Below, piece after piece: positions 18,274 to 27,519 of a stretch of 64,000 nt of DNA. The DNA is taken from NCBI GenBank assembly GCA_026395995.1, contig JAPLXQ010000010.1, positions 218,179 to 282,178 on the forward strand, written 5' to 3'. A program made the position numbers and the translations under genes. This stretch comes from Candidatus Nomurabacteria bacterium. GTDB lineage: Bacteria > Patescibacteriota > Minisyncoccia > Phycocordibacterales > UBA9973. The number at the start of each line of letters is the position of its first letter. The stretch's first letter is position 1. The notes under the pieces are model-generated. The model did no database searches and was not told the DNA's origin. It was given only the letters and a program-made list of their open reading frames with translations.

Positions 18274-19562
18274 AAGGAAATAATTTTCAACTAATACTTT
18301 TAATAATATTTATTGTCGGAGCTGTTTTTGGTATTTTAGTTTTTGCTGGCCTTGTTCCATTTGGTCAACCAGCAAAGACAGGACCCGTCGGTACCGTCGT
18401 CCTTTGGGGTACTGTGAAGCAGTCTTCTTTAGGAAGAGCTTTAGCTGATTTTGGCCACATCAGTACCAATGTTAATTTAAAATATGTAGAAAAAAATCCC
18501 TTAACTTTTGATCATGATTTATTAGAAGCTTTAGCTTCTGGTGTTGGTCCAGACCTTTTTATACTACCTGACGATTTGATTTTGCATTATAAAGATAAGA
18601 TAGCACTTATACCGTATGCTTCTTATTCTGAAGCAACTTTTAAAAACACTTTTGCTGGAGCTGGAGAAATTTATCTTAGTTCAAAAGGTATTTTAGCTTT
18701 ACCATTATCTGTAGATCCTTTGATTATGTATTACAATCGTACTGTTTTAGATGCTAATAATATAACCAATCCACCAGCCTATTGGGATGATTTGCAAAAT
18801 ATTGTTCCCTTAGTTACAAAGAAAGATATATCTGGAAAAATAATAAATAGTGGAGTAGCATTAGGTCAATTTACAAATATTGAACATGCTAAAGATATTA
18901 TCTCGACACTTTTTATGCAGGCTGGTAGTACTATCGTTCAAGAAAAAGGTGGATTTTTAAATTCAACTTTAAGTGCTTTGAGTAACTCAGCTAATCCAGG
19001 AACTATTTTAAGTTTTTATACTCAATTTGCCGATCCTCTTAGTCCTTTTTATTCTTGGAACAGATCTCTTCCTAATTCCAAAGATTCATTTAGTGCCAAT
19101 AATTTAACTTTTTATTTTGGTTTTGCTAGTGAACTTCCATATTTAACTAATAAGAATCCTAATTTAAATTTTTATATTACTTCAATTCCACAAATTAAAA
19201 ACTCTAGCCTAAAAGTTACATTTGGTAAAACTCAAGGTATTGCTGTCTCAACTTTTTCAAAAAATAAAGCTTCAGCTTTTTCTGTTGCTGGGCTTTTGGC
19301 TTCTGGTGATTTTGCAAAACAATTTTCTGACTCTTTGTTAGTTGCACCAGCTAGGCGTGATTTATTGGCAGTAAAACCAACAGATGCATATTTTCCTATT
19401 TTTTATAGTTCTGCTTTGTATGCTAAAAGTTGGCTTGATCCTTCTGCTGTTGATACAGATTCTATTTTTAGTGGAATGGTAGATAATGTTTTATCAAATA
19501 CTTTACCAGCCAAAGAAGCTGTCTTAGATGCTTCTGCCAAATTAGATTTATTATTACACTAA
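18270..19562 (+). CDS. membrane-anchored extracellular solute-binding-like protein
   Basis: N-terminal TM anchor; GTVVLWG...PDLFILPDD...YYNRTVL resembles family-1 ABC substrate-binding proteins. Confidence 0.4.
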   Translation: MKGNNFQLILLIIFIVGAVFGILVFAGLVPFGQPAKTGPVGTVVLWGTVKQSSLGRALADFGHISTNVNLKYVEKNPLTFDHDLLEALASGVGPDLFILPDDLILHYKDKIALIPYASYSEATFKNTFAGAGEIYLSSKGILALPLSVDPLIMYYNRTVLDANNITNPPAYWDDLQNIVPLVTKKDISGKIINSGVALGQFTNIEHAKDIISTLFMQAGSTIVQEKGGFLNSTLSALSNSANPGTILSFYTQFADPLSPFYSWNRSLPNSKDSFSANNLTFYFGFASELPYLTNKNPNLNFYITSIPQIKNSSLKVTFGKTQGIAVSTFSKNKASAFSVAGLLASGDFAKQFSDSLLVAPARRDLLAVKPTDAYFPIFYSSALYAKSWLDPSAVDTDSIFSGMVDNVLSNTLPAKEAVLDASAKLDLLLH

Positions 19563-19568
19563 TCAATC

Positions 19569-21158
19569 ATGAAAATATTTATGAAAATTTTTTGCACACG
19601 TCTTATATTAGTAGTATTTTTAATTTTAATCTCTTTTGGATTGTCTAAAAAAGTTTTTGCTAGTGGAGTTCTTGCTACTATACCTACAGCTACAACTGTA
19701 TCTGTAGGTGGTAGTGGATTTACTAGTGGTGTTTCATACCAAATCACTTTGTACGATCATTTAACTTCATCAAACATTAATCATACATTTGCTACAGCAA
19801 CCGGTAACAATGGATCTTTCGGAGTTACTTTCTCTAATCTAACCCCTAGTCATAGCTATGATATTATGGCCACTTTACAATCAAACGGTACACCAGCTAG
19901 TGGTATTACCAATTTTTCAACCATAGCCGCTCCGACAGTTGTCACACTTACTGCGACTCCTTCGACTCTTATAACAGGACAATCAACAGTAACGACATTA
20001 GCTTGGAGTGCGACAAATGTTACAGGTAGTTGTATTGCTGCTAGTAATCCTAATATAATTGCTGTTTGGGATAACGCGCATAAAGCACTTTCTGGAACAC
20101 AGCAAGTTACTGTCGTAGCTTCTAATAATTTTACTCTTACTTGTACTAATTCATCAGGAAATGTCGTAGGACAGGCACAAGCACATATAACAGTCTCTGC
20201 TGGTGGAGGCTCAGTCTCTGCTCCTACTGCAAATCCTTTACCTGGTACTTTTACTGGAACTCAAAATGTAACACTTTCTAGTGCTACTAGTGGAGCGACT
20301 TTTAGATATGTTTTAGATTCATCTACACCTAATTGTTCTATGGGTCTTACGACAAATCCAGTAAATATTCAATCAACAACTACAATTCGAGCTATTGCTT
20401 GTGATTCCCATGGAGTAGCTTCTCCTGTTTCTTCTTTGACTTATACTATAAATACTTCAGGAGGAGGTAATCCACCTCCACCACCTTCTGGTGGTCCGAC
20501 AACTTCCGGACTTTTAGTGGCGAATGATCCTACTTCAGCTATGGTGACTTTGACTATAAGTGGAATTCCTAATAATTATTCTACTTTTGATTTAAGTGTT
20601 TATAATGAACCAGGCACAAATTCTTATTATCAAACACATTCTATTTCTCAAGATGGATTTGGTGGGGCAGAAGATTATTTTAATGGTTTAGCTCCAAGTG
20701 GTTCATATAAGGCCTATGTTTCAGATAGTAGTGGAACAAACTTAGTAACACCGGTCACTTTTTCAACCTTAGCTACAGACCCAATCGTTGTCGGTGGTAA
20801 TGGCAGTAATACTAGTGGGGGAAATGTAACTTCTGCTACTAGTCTTTCTAGCCCTGCTGGTGGCCTTGTGCCTGAGTGTACTAGTACAAAAGGTTGCCAA
20901 TGGAAAGAATTATTAAGTCTTGTGAATAAGGTAGTAAAATTTATTCTTTTTGCCTTAGGTATACCTATTGCTGCTATTATGTTTATGTATGCTGGTTTTA
21001 AATTAATAACTTCTGGTGGTAATCCTAGCGAATTGACTAAGGCTAAAGGTGTTTTCGGTTCTGTTTTTATGGGTATTGTTTTAGCTGCAGCTGCTTGGCT
21101 TATCATTAATGTCGTTTTGACTACTTTAGGCTATGATGGGTCTTGGATTGGATTCTAA
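19569..21158 (+). CDS. large Thr/Ser-rich surface protein with C-terminal VirB2/TrbC-like pilin hairpin
   Basis: Signal peptide, Ig-like T/S-rich repeats, PPPPPSGGPTT linker. C-terminus FILFALGIPIAAIMFMYAGFKLITSGGNPSELTKAKG...IVLAAAAWLIINV is a two-helix hairpin with a charged loop. Confidence 0.55.
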   Translation: MKIFMKIFCTRLILVVFLILISFGLSKKVFASGVLATIPTATTVSVGGSGFTSGVSYQITLYDHLTSSNINHTFATATGNNGSFGVTFSNLTPSHSYDIMATLQSNGTPASGITNFSTIAAPTVVTLTATPSTLITGQSTVTTLAWSATNVTGSCIAASNPNIIAVWDNAHKALSGTQQVTVVASNNFTLTCTNSSGNVVGQAQAHITVSAGGGSVSAPTANPLPGTFTGTQNVTLSSATSGATFRYVLDSSTPNCSMGLTTNPVNIQSTTTIRAIACDSHGVASPVSSLTYTINTSGGGNPPPPPSGGPTTSGLLVANDPTSAMVTLTISGIPNNYSTFDLSVYNEPGTNSYYQTHSISQDGFGGAEDYFNGLAPSGSYKAYVSDSSGTNLVTPVTFSTLATDPIVVGGNGSNTSGGNVTSATSLSSPAGGLVPECTSTKGCQWKELLSLVNKVVKFILFALGIPIAAIMFMYAGFKLITSGGNPSELTKAKGVFGSVFMGIVLAAAAWLIINVVLTTLGYDGSWIGF

Positions 21159-21177
21159 TTTAAGTTATAATATATCT

Positions 21178-21549
21178 ATGAAAAATATCATTCAAAAAAA
21201 TATCTCAAAAATTTCTTTAGCTACTTATATAGTATTATTTCCAGTTATTTCTTTTGCTACTGCGACGATTACTCCTTGTGAAGTTTCTGGTGCAGTCTGT
21301 AATCCTATAAGTGCAAATAATATTAATGATTTTATAAAAGCTATTCTTGAAGGTGCGATAAAGATCGGCATACCTATCATTGCTTTAGCTATTATTTATT
21401 CTGGTTTTCTTTTTGTAAAAGCTCAAGGTAAACCAGAAGATTTAAAAACCGCGAAAAATGCAATTATGTATACCTTGCTCGGTGCTGCTTTATTACTCGG
21501 AGCTTGGGCTTTAGCTCAGCTTATATCAGAGACTGTTTTAGCTTTATAA
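21178..21549 (+). CDS. pilin-like small membrane protein (VirB2/TrbC-like two-helix family), paralog 2
   Basis: IGIPIIALAIIYSGFLFVKAQGKPEDLKTAKNAIMYTLLGAALLLGAWAL parallels the C-terminus of the preceding large protein. Confidence 0.5.
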   Translation: MKNIIQKNISKISLATYIVLFPVISFATATITPCEVSGAVCNPISANNINDFIKAILEGAIKIGIPIIALAIIYSGFLFVKAQGKPEDLKTAKNAIMYTLLGAALLLGAWALAQLISETVLAL

Positions 21550-21556
21550 TAAAATT

Positions 21557-21886
21557 ATGAAAAATAATATTAAAAATCTTTTTGCTGCTTGTGTTTTGAC
21601 TCCTCCGAATACTTTTAAAAGTTTTGTAGAATATATTATTTGTAATATTAATAAATCTGTCATACCTCTGATTATTTCTCTAGCGGTTACTATGTTTGTC
21701 TGGGGTATTATTCAATATTTGGTTGGTGCCAACGAAGAAGTAAAAAGAGAAAAAGGTAAATACTTTATGTTATGGGGGATTATCGGCTTAATGGTAATGA
21801 TTTCTGTATGGGGCCTCGTACGGGTTTTTGGTAGCACTATTGGTGTTCAAAATGTCATTCCCCAGGTTCAAAATACTTCTATATAA
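21557..21886 (+). CDS. pilin-like small membrane protein, paralog 3
   Basis: IPLIISLAVTMFVWGIIQYLVGANEEVKREKGKYFMLWGIIGLMVMISVWGLV. Confidence 0.5.
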   Translation: MKNNIKNLFAACVLTPPNTFKSFVEYIICNINKSVIPLIISLAVTMFVWGIIQYLVGANEEVKREKGKYFMLWGIIGLMVMISVWGLVRVFGSTIGVQNVIPQVQNTSI

Positions 21887-21889
21887 AAT

Positions 21890-22231
21890 ATGAAAAATAA
21901 TGTAAAAATAAATGTTTATAAAAATATGTTTGCTATTTGCACAGTAGGTTCAAGTCCTAAAATTTCAAGTGTCCTAGATTATATTACTTGTATTATTGCT
22001 AAAGGTATTTGGCCTATTTTACTCTCATCCTCTATTGTAGTCTTCATATGGGGTGTCTTGCAGTATGCTTTAAACCCACAAGATGTAAAAAAAAAGGCAG
22101 AAGGTAGGAGTTTTATGCTTTGGGGTTTATTTGCTTTGACAGTGATTATCTCTATTTGGGGCTTTGTAAATATTGTCATTGGAACCTTTCAATTAAACAA
22201 TGCTAATCCCAGTATTCAGACTGTTGTCTAG
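21890..22231 (+). CDS. pilin-like small membrane protein, paralog 4
   Basis: WPILLSSSIVVFIWGVLQYAL...KKKAEGRSFMLWGLFALTVIISIWGFV. Confidence 0.5.
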   Translation: MKNNVKINVYKNMFAICTVGSSPKISSVLDYITCIIAKGIWPILLSSSIVVFIWGVLQYALNPQDVKKKAEGRSFMLWGLFALTVIISIWGFVNIVIGTFQLNNANPSIQTVV

Positions 22232-22355
22232 TAGCATTTGTTTTTGTCTTTATGGTATAATTAACCTAACCTAATCACTTAGGACATTATTATTAAGAGG
22301 TCGTTTCGTTTATTAATTATTAATAGTCTCGATAAAATCGAGAAAAAATATAAAT

Positions 22356-22736
22356 ATGAAGAAAAAAATTGTTGGTTTAGTTAGTCTTTCAGCATTGGCA
22401 CCTTTATTTGCCTTTGCCCAAGTAACAAACTGTGGTACTGGTGGAAATATTGAGTTTATTCTTTGTAAAGCAGGTCAACTTATTAACTCAATAATACCTG
22501 TTTTAATATCATTGGGTGTTGTTTACTTTATCTGGGGAGTTATTTCTTATGCTATTGGAAAGGATGAAGAAGCTAAAAAAGAAGGACGTGGAAGAATCAT
22601 TAATGGTCTTATCGCTCTTCTTGTTATCGTTTCAATCTGGGGATTAGTTGGTATTTTGCAAAATGCTACAGGAGTAGATCAAGCTACTTCATTCCAAGAT
22701 GTGCCTTGTATTGCTGGCCCAGGATCTACTTGTTAA
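22356..22736 (+). CDS. pilin-like small membrane protein, paralog 5
   Basis: Signal peptide; IPVLISLGVVYFIWGVISYAIGKDEEAKKEGRGRIINGLIALLVIVSIWGLV; C-terminal Cys pair. Confidence 0.5.
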   Translation: MKKKIVGLVSLSALAPLFAFAQVTNCGTGGNIEFILCKAGQLINSIIPVLISLGVVYFIWGVISYAIGKDEEAKKEGRGRIINGLIALLVIVSIWGLVGILQNATGVDQATSFQDVPCIAGPGSTC

Positions 22737-22751
22737 GTTTGAAATAAAATT

Positions 22752-23105
22752 ATGTCTTTAATTAATGTAGCTTATGCTGGTGAAAGTTTAGATCAATTCA
22801 TAAAGAATGTGGATAAACTTATCATTAATCCACTTATTATATTGATTTTTGCTTTAGCTATCGCGATTTTTCTTTGGGGAGTATTTCAATTTATTGCTAA
22901 TACTGAAAAAGAAGATGAACGTAGTAAGGGTAAAAAGCATATGTTATTTGGGATTATTGGTATCACTATTATGATGGCAGTGTGGACTCTTTTAAGTATT
23001 CTTTTGAATACTTTAAATATCAGTCCAAATGAAATAAATCCACAACAGGGGACAGTGCATTTAAATGATTACACTCCTTCTACACCGACTGGATTATTGC
23101 AATAA
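22752..23105 (+). CDS. pilin-like small membrane protein, paralog 6
   Basis: PLIILIFALAIAIFLWGVFQFIANTEKEDERSKGKKHMLFGIIGITIMMAVWTLL. Confidence 0.5.
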   Translation: MSLINVAYAGESLDQFIKNVDKLIINPLIILIFALAIAIFLWGVFQFIANTEKEDERSKGKKHMLFGIIGITIMMAVWTLLSILLNTLNISPNEINPQQGTVHLNDYTPSTPTGLLQ

Positions 23106-23126
23106 GTTATATTAAATAAAATATAA

Positions 23127-23165
23127 AAATAAAAAGTCCCCTCGCGATGTGCGAGGGGACTTTGT
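23127..23165. terminator. bidirectional rho-independent terminator
   Basis: aaaagtcccctcgcgatgtgcgaggggactttgttttt between convergent genes. Confidence 0.65.
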
Positions 23166-23193
23166 TTTTACTTGCCCAATATTGGGCTTTAAT

Positions 23194-23613
23194 TTAACAG
23201 TGCTTAAGTAGCCTTATTAGGGTTCCTGGAGGCCCTGTTACTCTCCAGGTACCAGTGTGAATATTTCCACCTATGATGTTGATATCTCCTTTTCCTATGT
23301 AGGGAATTGGAGTACGACTTCCAGGAGGATAAAAATTCACCGGCACACCTTCGGTATCAACATCGAACACGTAATTTATTTTTATAAATACTTCACCATT
23401 TGGACCAATAAATTGGTCCGGCATCCTTACAAGACAAGGTCCTGTTGTTGTCGTTGTTTGATTGCCACTGGAAACATTCGTGTCTCCAGTGGTTGGCGGA
23501 TTAGTATTGTTTGTATTTGTAGCTTTACTGGCATCAAAATCGTTTCCGAATATGAGCCAAAATATTACAAACGCAGCAACAATTCCAATTCCTGCTTTTT
23601 GATTCTGTTTCAT
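23194..23613 (-). CDS. secreted/membrane-anchored hypothetical protein
   Basis: N-terminal TM/signal, Thr/Asn-rich linker, Cys near both ends. Confidence 0.45.
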   Translation of the reverse strand: MKQNQKAGIGIVAAFVIFWLIFGNDFDASKATNTNNTNPPTTGDTNVSSGNQTTTTTGPCLVRMPDQFIGPNGEVFIKINYVFDVDTEGVPVNFYPPGSRTPIPYIGKGDINIIGGNIHTGTWRVTGPPGTLIRLLKHC

Positions 23614-23636
23614 TCTCTAGTTTTTTTAAGTTTCAC

Positions 23637-24656
23637 TTATTCTTTTTTCTTGCCTTTTTTTGTTGTGGGGGCAAAACCTCCACCCATACCGACACCTCCA
23701 ACCATGTAAACATCTGATCCTTTTGGAACATCAATTTTCATTTCTGTGTAGCCAGGTTTACCAAATTTCATAAAAGGAATAATTGCATTTTTTGGTACAC
23801 CAGCTTTCAGGTATTCTTTAAAAGCTAATCCGTCTTGTTCAGCTGTTACTACTGGAAGCATAATTCTTCTGGTTTCAGCATCGGGAGAGCTATTTTTTAA
23901 GATCATTTCCAGGACAACACCGTGCTGTCTTTGAAAGTCTATAAAAATTTGTTTATTCTTGTTTGCAATTCCTTCAGCTTGGTCAGCAAAAACTTGTTCT
24001 ACAACATCTGCTTCTTTGTTTAAAACATTGATTGTGTTTTTAGAGTAGTAAGTAGAAAAAATTGAACCTACTTTAAACTCAGCAGCTCTTCCAATCGCCC
24101 CATCTTCATAAGAAGAAAAGCGTTTGAATTTTTCAGAGGCTTCATGTGGTGTTCCGGAAGTGTCAGGATACATTATTAAGATGAACCTTGCGTCCATGTT
24201 TAATGTCTGAACAATAGTACCCCATTTTTCAGTAATATCCACAGAGATAGCCCTATGAAGCTCCCAAAATTTTTCTTCTTTGATTCCTTTAAGATTTTTC
24301 CTTTTTTCAATACTTTCAAAAAATGGAATTGTCCAATGTAAACCAGGAAAAAAAACTCTACGTTCTTTACCAATTGAATCAAAACCGAGAGCCCCTCGAA
24401 AATCATCTACACTTACAGAATTTATGCCTGCATAATATGACAATCCAAAAAGTACCCCAGCGATTACAAATGATAAATAGTGAAATATTTTGAATAGTTC
24501 AGGTGTTACATATTTATCACCGAGCTTCCAAATTATTATCCACAATAAAACAAAATAAACTATATTCCAGAGGTACACCTTAGGCGGTACCACTGTTGAG
24601 GGAATAGTTAAATCCCTTTCTGTTGTTTTGGCTGAATTGCCATTTACTTGTACCAT
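23637..24656 (-). CDS. SPFH/band-7-like membrane protein
   Basis: N-terminal TM helices, then VSVDDFRGALGFDSIGKERRVFFPGLHWTIPFFE, resembling the SPFH core; Gly-rich KK tail. Confidence 0.45.
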   Translation of the reverse strand: MVQVNGNSAKTTERDLTIPSTVVPPKVYLWNIVYFVLLWIIIWKLGDKYVTPELFKIFHYLSFVIAGVLFGLSYYAGINSVSVDDFRGALGFDSIGKERRVFFPGLHWTIPFFESIEKRKNLKGIKEEKFWELHRAISVDITEKWGTIVQTLNMDARFILIMYPDTSGTPHEASEKFKRFSSYEDGAIGRAAEFKVGSIFSTYYSKNTINVLNKEADVVEQVFADQAEGIANKNKQIFIDFQRQHGVVLEMILKNSSPDAETRRIMLPVVTAEQDGLAFKEYLKAGVPKNAIIPFMKFGKPGYTEMKIDVPKGSDVYMVGGVGMGGGFAPTTKKGKKKE

Positions 24657-24710
24657 TTCTTGTATGAATTAAATTAATTAATTATTTGTTTAAAAACTTT
24701 TCTTGTGTTA

Positions 24711-24739
24711 AGTATAGCATATACAAACTAAAAAGTCAA
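24711..24739 (-). promoter_or_regulatory. consensus promoter module copy 2 (TTGACT-N17-TGCTATACT)
   Basis: Reverse complement reads gcTTGACTttttagtttgtatatgcTATACTt. Overlaps hairpin gtcaagcttttggcttgac (24735-24753), the probable terminator of the upstream minus-strand gene. Confidence 0.6.
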
Positions 24740-24788
24740 GCTTTTGGCTTGACTTTTTAGGCTTATTTATAAGGGTATTTTTACCTAA

Positions 24789-24813
24789 AATCCCCCTGAT
24801 AAGGGGGACAAAG
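24789..24813. repeat. small GC-rich palindrome (tccccc tgataa ggggga)
   Basis: Member or relative of the CT/GA-arm GC-rich element family; intergenic. Confidence 0.4.
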
Positions 24814-24826
24814 GGGGTTGTATTAG

Positions 24827-25579
24827 TTAGGCTTTCTTTAAAGCTAAATTTTTATCTTTCTTAGCTATAAAGAGCATTCTCCAGAAGAAGACGAAGAATA
24901 AGATTAATATACCGAGTAAGATCCATTGAAGGAAAGTAGAAGGCATAAATCCTGATCCTAGGGCATTCGCTGTCAGATTACTGTTTGTATTTGAAACTGC
25001 AGTTTTGCTAGTAGTAGCTTTTTTTGCAGTCGTAGCAGTATTTGCTGGTGGATAATCTCCGACAGGGTTTCCAGATGAGGCTACTGTTCCTACGGCTGAA
25101 GTATTATTGGTTAGATTTAAATAAGCAGCGTTTGAGATATATCCATTGTTTGGGTTGTAAATAGAAACAATGTAAGTACCTACTGTGCCCATATCTGCTG
25201 GATAAATATTCATACGTAAGTGAGTAGAGTTTATATAAGTAGTAGGTCTGTCATAACTATTAAATCTAGCTACAGAATCTTGTGAGAAATTTACTCCTGT
25301 GATATCGATAGTCTTTACAGCAGTACTTCCATAAACCATTGAATCAGGACTTATAGAATAAATCGCTGGTACAGCATAAGAACTAGAATTATTATTGCTA
25401 TTACCGTTGTTATTATTATTTGAGTTTGAATTTCCTGAATTAGAACTACCTGGTCCAGACCAATAATAAACATAAGCACTAGCCTTTGCAGGTATAAATA
25501 CCACCGCCACGAAAACTAAAGTTATTATTAATGTTGAAAGTAAACTATATTTATTTGTGTTGTTTATTTTATTCATCAT
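24827..25579 (-). CDS. secreted Asn/Ser-rich protein with C-terminal TM anchor
   Basis: Signal peptide, NSNSNNNNNGNSNNNSSS low-complexity, C-terminal hydrophobic helix plus basic tail. Confidence 0.45.
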   Translation of the reverse strand: MMNKINNTNKYSLLSTLIITLVFVAVVFIPAKASAYVYYWSGPGSSNSGNSNSNNNNNGNSNNNSSSYAVPAIYSISPDSMVYGSTAVKTIDITGVNFSQDSVARFNSYDRPTTYINSTHLRMNIYPADMGTVGTYIVSIYNPNNGYISNAAYLNLTNNTSAVGTVASSGNPVGDYPPANTATTAKKATTSKTAVSNTNSNLTANALGSGFMPSTFLQWILLGILILFFVFFWRMLFIAKKDKNLALKKA

Positions 25580-25585
25580 ACTACA

Positions 25586-25614
25586 AGTATAGCATATATG
25601 AATTTAAAAGTCAA
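25586..25614 (-). promoter_or_regulatory. consensus promoter module copy 3
   Basis: Reverse complement reads gaCTTGACTtttaaattcatatatgcTATACTtg; the -10 abuts the start codon (leaderless or very short leader). Confidence 0.55.
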
Positions 25615-25641
25615 GTCCTATTAATAAATTATTAAAACCCT

Positions 25642-26778
25642 TTATTTATGGCTTATTTTTGTTATTTTTTCTATTTGATTTCCTAGTTTGTTGTTTATGC
25701 TCTTGTAGAGTTGTTTTAAATGGTCAAAAATTAAAAATAGATGATAACTGTCTACAAAGTATCTTTTTTCAAATTTTAAAAGTCTTTTTGTTATCCATAA
25801 AGCAAAAAAACCAATTATTATTCCAAATAATACATCGACACCATAATGTTCCAGTGTATACATTGTTCCTATTAATTCAGCAACTACCCAAGGTATTGCA
25901 ATAATAGCAACAGGTGGCCAAAGTTCTATAATACTAACAACTGAGATTATACCCCAAGCCGCATGCATGCTAGGGAAAGTACTTATTGCCAATGATCCAC
26001 CTGCTGGATCAATCCAGTGATTTCCAATTGCTGAAATATTTTTTTGCATTCTTGGTGATATTTGCGTAATGTTGATTACATTTTGTATCTCTACTGATAT
26101 CTTAGTATTTAAAATATTTTTTAAATACATTGAATCTGGTGAAATTGCTGGAAATTTTATCCAAATAGGTAAACTAATTAAAAATGCTAAAAAATAAGCA
26201 ATTAGAAATTTTCTATAAATTTCTTTGTTTGAAAATAAGCTAATAAAAATAATTACAAGAATAATAGGGAATAAGTATATATAAGAATTATAAAATATTT
26301 GACTTAAAATATTTGAATGTATTATATGGTAAAAGGAAAAAGGTAAATATGAGCCAAATAAAACCTTATCAGTGTGCATCAAAAACTCAGAGACTTGTGC
26401 TGTGTGTATAGGGTCTGCTGAAATAAAGATTGTTTTTATTTCAAACGCCATTGCTACTGCGCTAATATATAGTATTCCAAATATAAATAAAAAACTTCTA
26501 ATATTAAAGGATGTTTTATTTTGATGATTATCTTTCTTATAAATTATAAGTATTATAGAGAATAATAAATATATAAAAACAAAAATAAGTATTACTGAAA
26601 TAATGTTATTTTCCAAAAAGGCAGAAATAAAATCTTGAGCTGAAGAATGATTAATACATTGTATTGTTTGATATAAATAACAGTTAAAATATTTTATTCC
26701 AATCATTATAAAAAAAATAATTGAAGGTAAAAGAATCACATATACTTCTATCGGAAATATAGAAAGAAATTTTTTCAT
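25642..26778 (-). CDS. polytopic membrane protein with C-terminal PAP2-like phosphatase motifs
   Basis: Many TM helices; SFPSMHAAWG resembles the PAP2 SGH motif. Confidence 0.45.
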   Translation of the reverse strand: MKKFLSIFPIEVYVILLPSIIFFIMIGIKYFNCYLYQTIQCINHSSAQDFISAFLENNIISVILIFVFIYLLFSIILIIYKKDNHQNKTSFNIRSFLFIFGILYISAVAMAFEIKTIFISADPIHTAQVSEFLMHTDKVLFGSYLPFSFYHIIHSNILSQIFYNSYIYLFPIILVIIFISLFSNKEIYRKFLIAYFLAFLISLPIWIKFPAISPDSMYLKNILNTKISVEIQNVINITQISPRMQKNISAIGNHWIDPAGGSLAISTFPSMHAAWGIISVVSIIELWPPVAIIAIPWVVAELIGTMYTLEHYGVDVLFGIIIGFFALWITKRLLKFEKRYFVDSYHLFLIFDHLKQLYKSINNKLGNQIEKITKISHK

Positions 26779-26799
26779 TTATTTATTATAACAAATTTG

Positions 26800-26881
26800 T
26801 GCTGGAGGAGGGACTCGAACCCTCAAACCTTGCGGTACTAGTTCCTAAGACTAGCGCGTATACCAATTCCGCCACTCCAGC
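26800..26881 (-). tRNA. tRNA-Leu (anticodon TAG)
   Basis: Sense gctggagtggcggaattggtatacgcgctagtcttaggaactagtaccgcaaggtttgagggttcgagtccctcctccagca; long variable arm, loop cuUAGga. Confidence 0.8.
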
Positions 26882-26885
26882 AATG

Positions 26886-26958
26886 TGCACCCAGCAGGGA
26901 TCGAACCTGCGACATTCTCCTTAAGAGGGAGCTACTCTACCAGCTGAGTTATGGGTGC
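26886..26958 (-). tRNA. tRNA-Lys (anticodon CTT)
   Basis: Cloverleaf with acceptor gcaccca/tgggtgc, anticodon loop ctCTTaa. Confidence 0.7.
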
Positions 26959-27060
26959 ATATATTACTTCTATCTTTCTTTCAACTTACAAATTACTATT
27001 TTTCTCGTCCTACCAAAACAGTTATGGGTGCTTTTCAAAAAATCAAAAATTTGATTTCTG

Positions 27061-27079
27061 GTGCCCGGAGTGGGGGTCG
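27061..27079. repeat. 19-bp direct repeat of the tRNA-Leu(TAA) 3-prime end (second copy 27179-27197)
   Basis: gtgcccggagtgggggtcg occurs twice, about 100 bp apart, bracketing a short non-tRNA insert. Confidence 0.65.
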
Positions 27080-27179
27080 GCTATTACATAGCCAGGTGCT
27101 TTTCAATTTACTACGTAAATAATGAAAAGCCTTTCGACTCCCCACACGAAAGCAAAGCAGTTTGCTTTCTTCCGTGCTG

Positions 27180-27261
27180 TGCCCGGAGTGGGGGTCGAAC
27201 CCACATCCCTTGCGAGACACGATTTTAAGTCGTGCGCGTATACCAATTCCGCCATCCGGGC
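27180..27261 (-). tRNA. tRNA-Leu (anticodon TAA)
   Basis: Acceptor gcccgga/tccgggc, long variable arm, loop ctTAAaa. Confidence 0.8.
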
Positions 27262-27378
27262 AATGTATTTAATTATAAATTAAAAATATTAATTAACAAC
27301 CTATCGCTGGTTCAGCTTCGCTTCACATCAGCGATTTCATTCTGAACCGGCAAAAAATTAAAACTATTTAATTTTTTG

Positions 27379-27450
27379 AGGCCTGGGACGGAATTGAACC
27401 GTCGTATATTCCTTTTGCAGAGGAATGCCTTACCACTTGGCTACCAGGCC
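27379..27450 (-). tRNA. tRNA-Cys (anticodon GCA)
   Basis: Acceptor ggcctgg/ccaggcc, loop ctGCAaa. Confidence 0.8.
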
Positions 27451-27483
27451 CGAATACCGTAAACCTTGTTTTCCACCTATCCC

Positions 27484-27516
27484 TCTCCTTTACTAAGGCG
27501 GGTGAGGTGCTTATTT
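27484..27516. repeat. GC-rich CT/GA-arm mini-element (intergenic copy)
   Basis: cctatccctctcctttactaaggcgggtgaggtg; closely related to the copy inside infB. Confidence 0.5.
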
Positions 27517-27519
27517 ATC

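Noticed and set aside
27035-27220. 61-aa minus-strand ORF spanning the tRNA-Leu repeat region
   Set aside because: It overlaps a tRNA gene and its duplicated 3-prime end. The codon usage is GC-skewed only because of tRNA sequence, so it is spurious.
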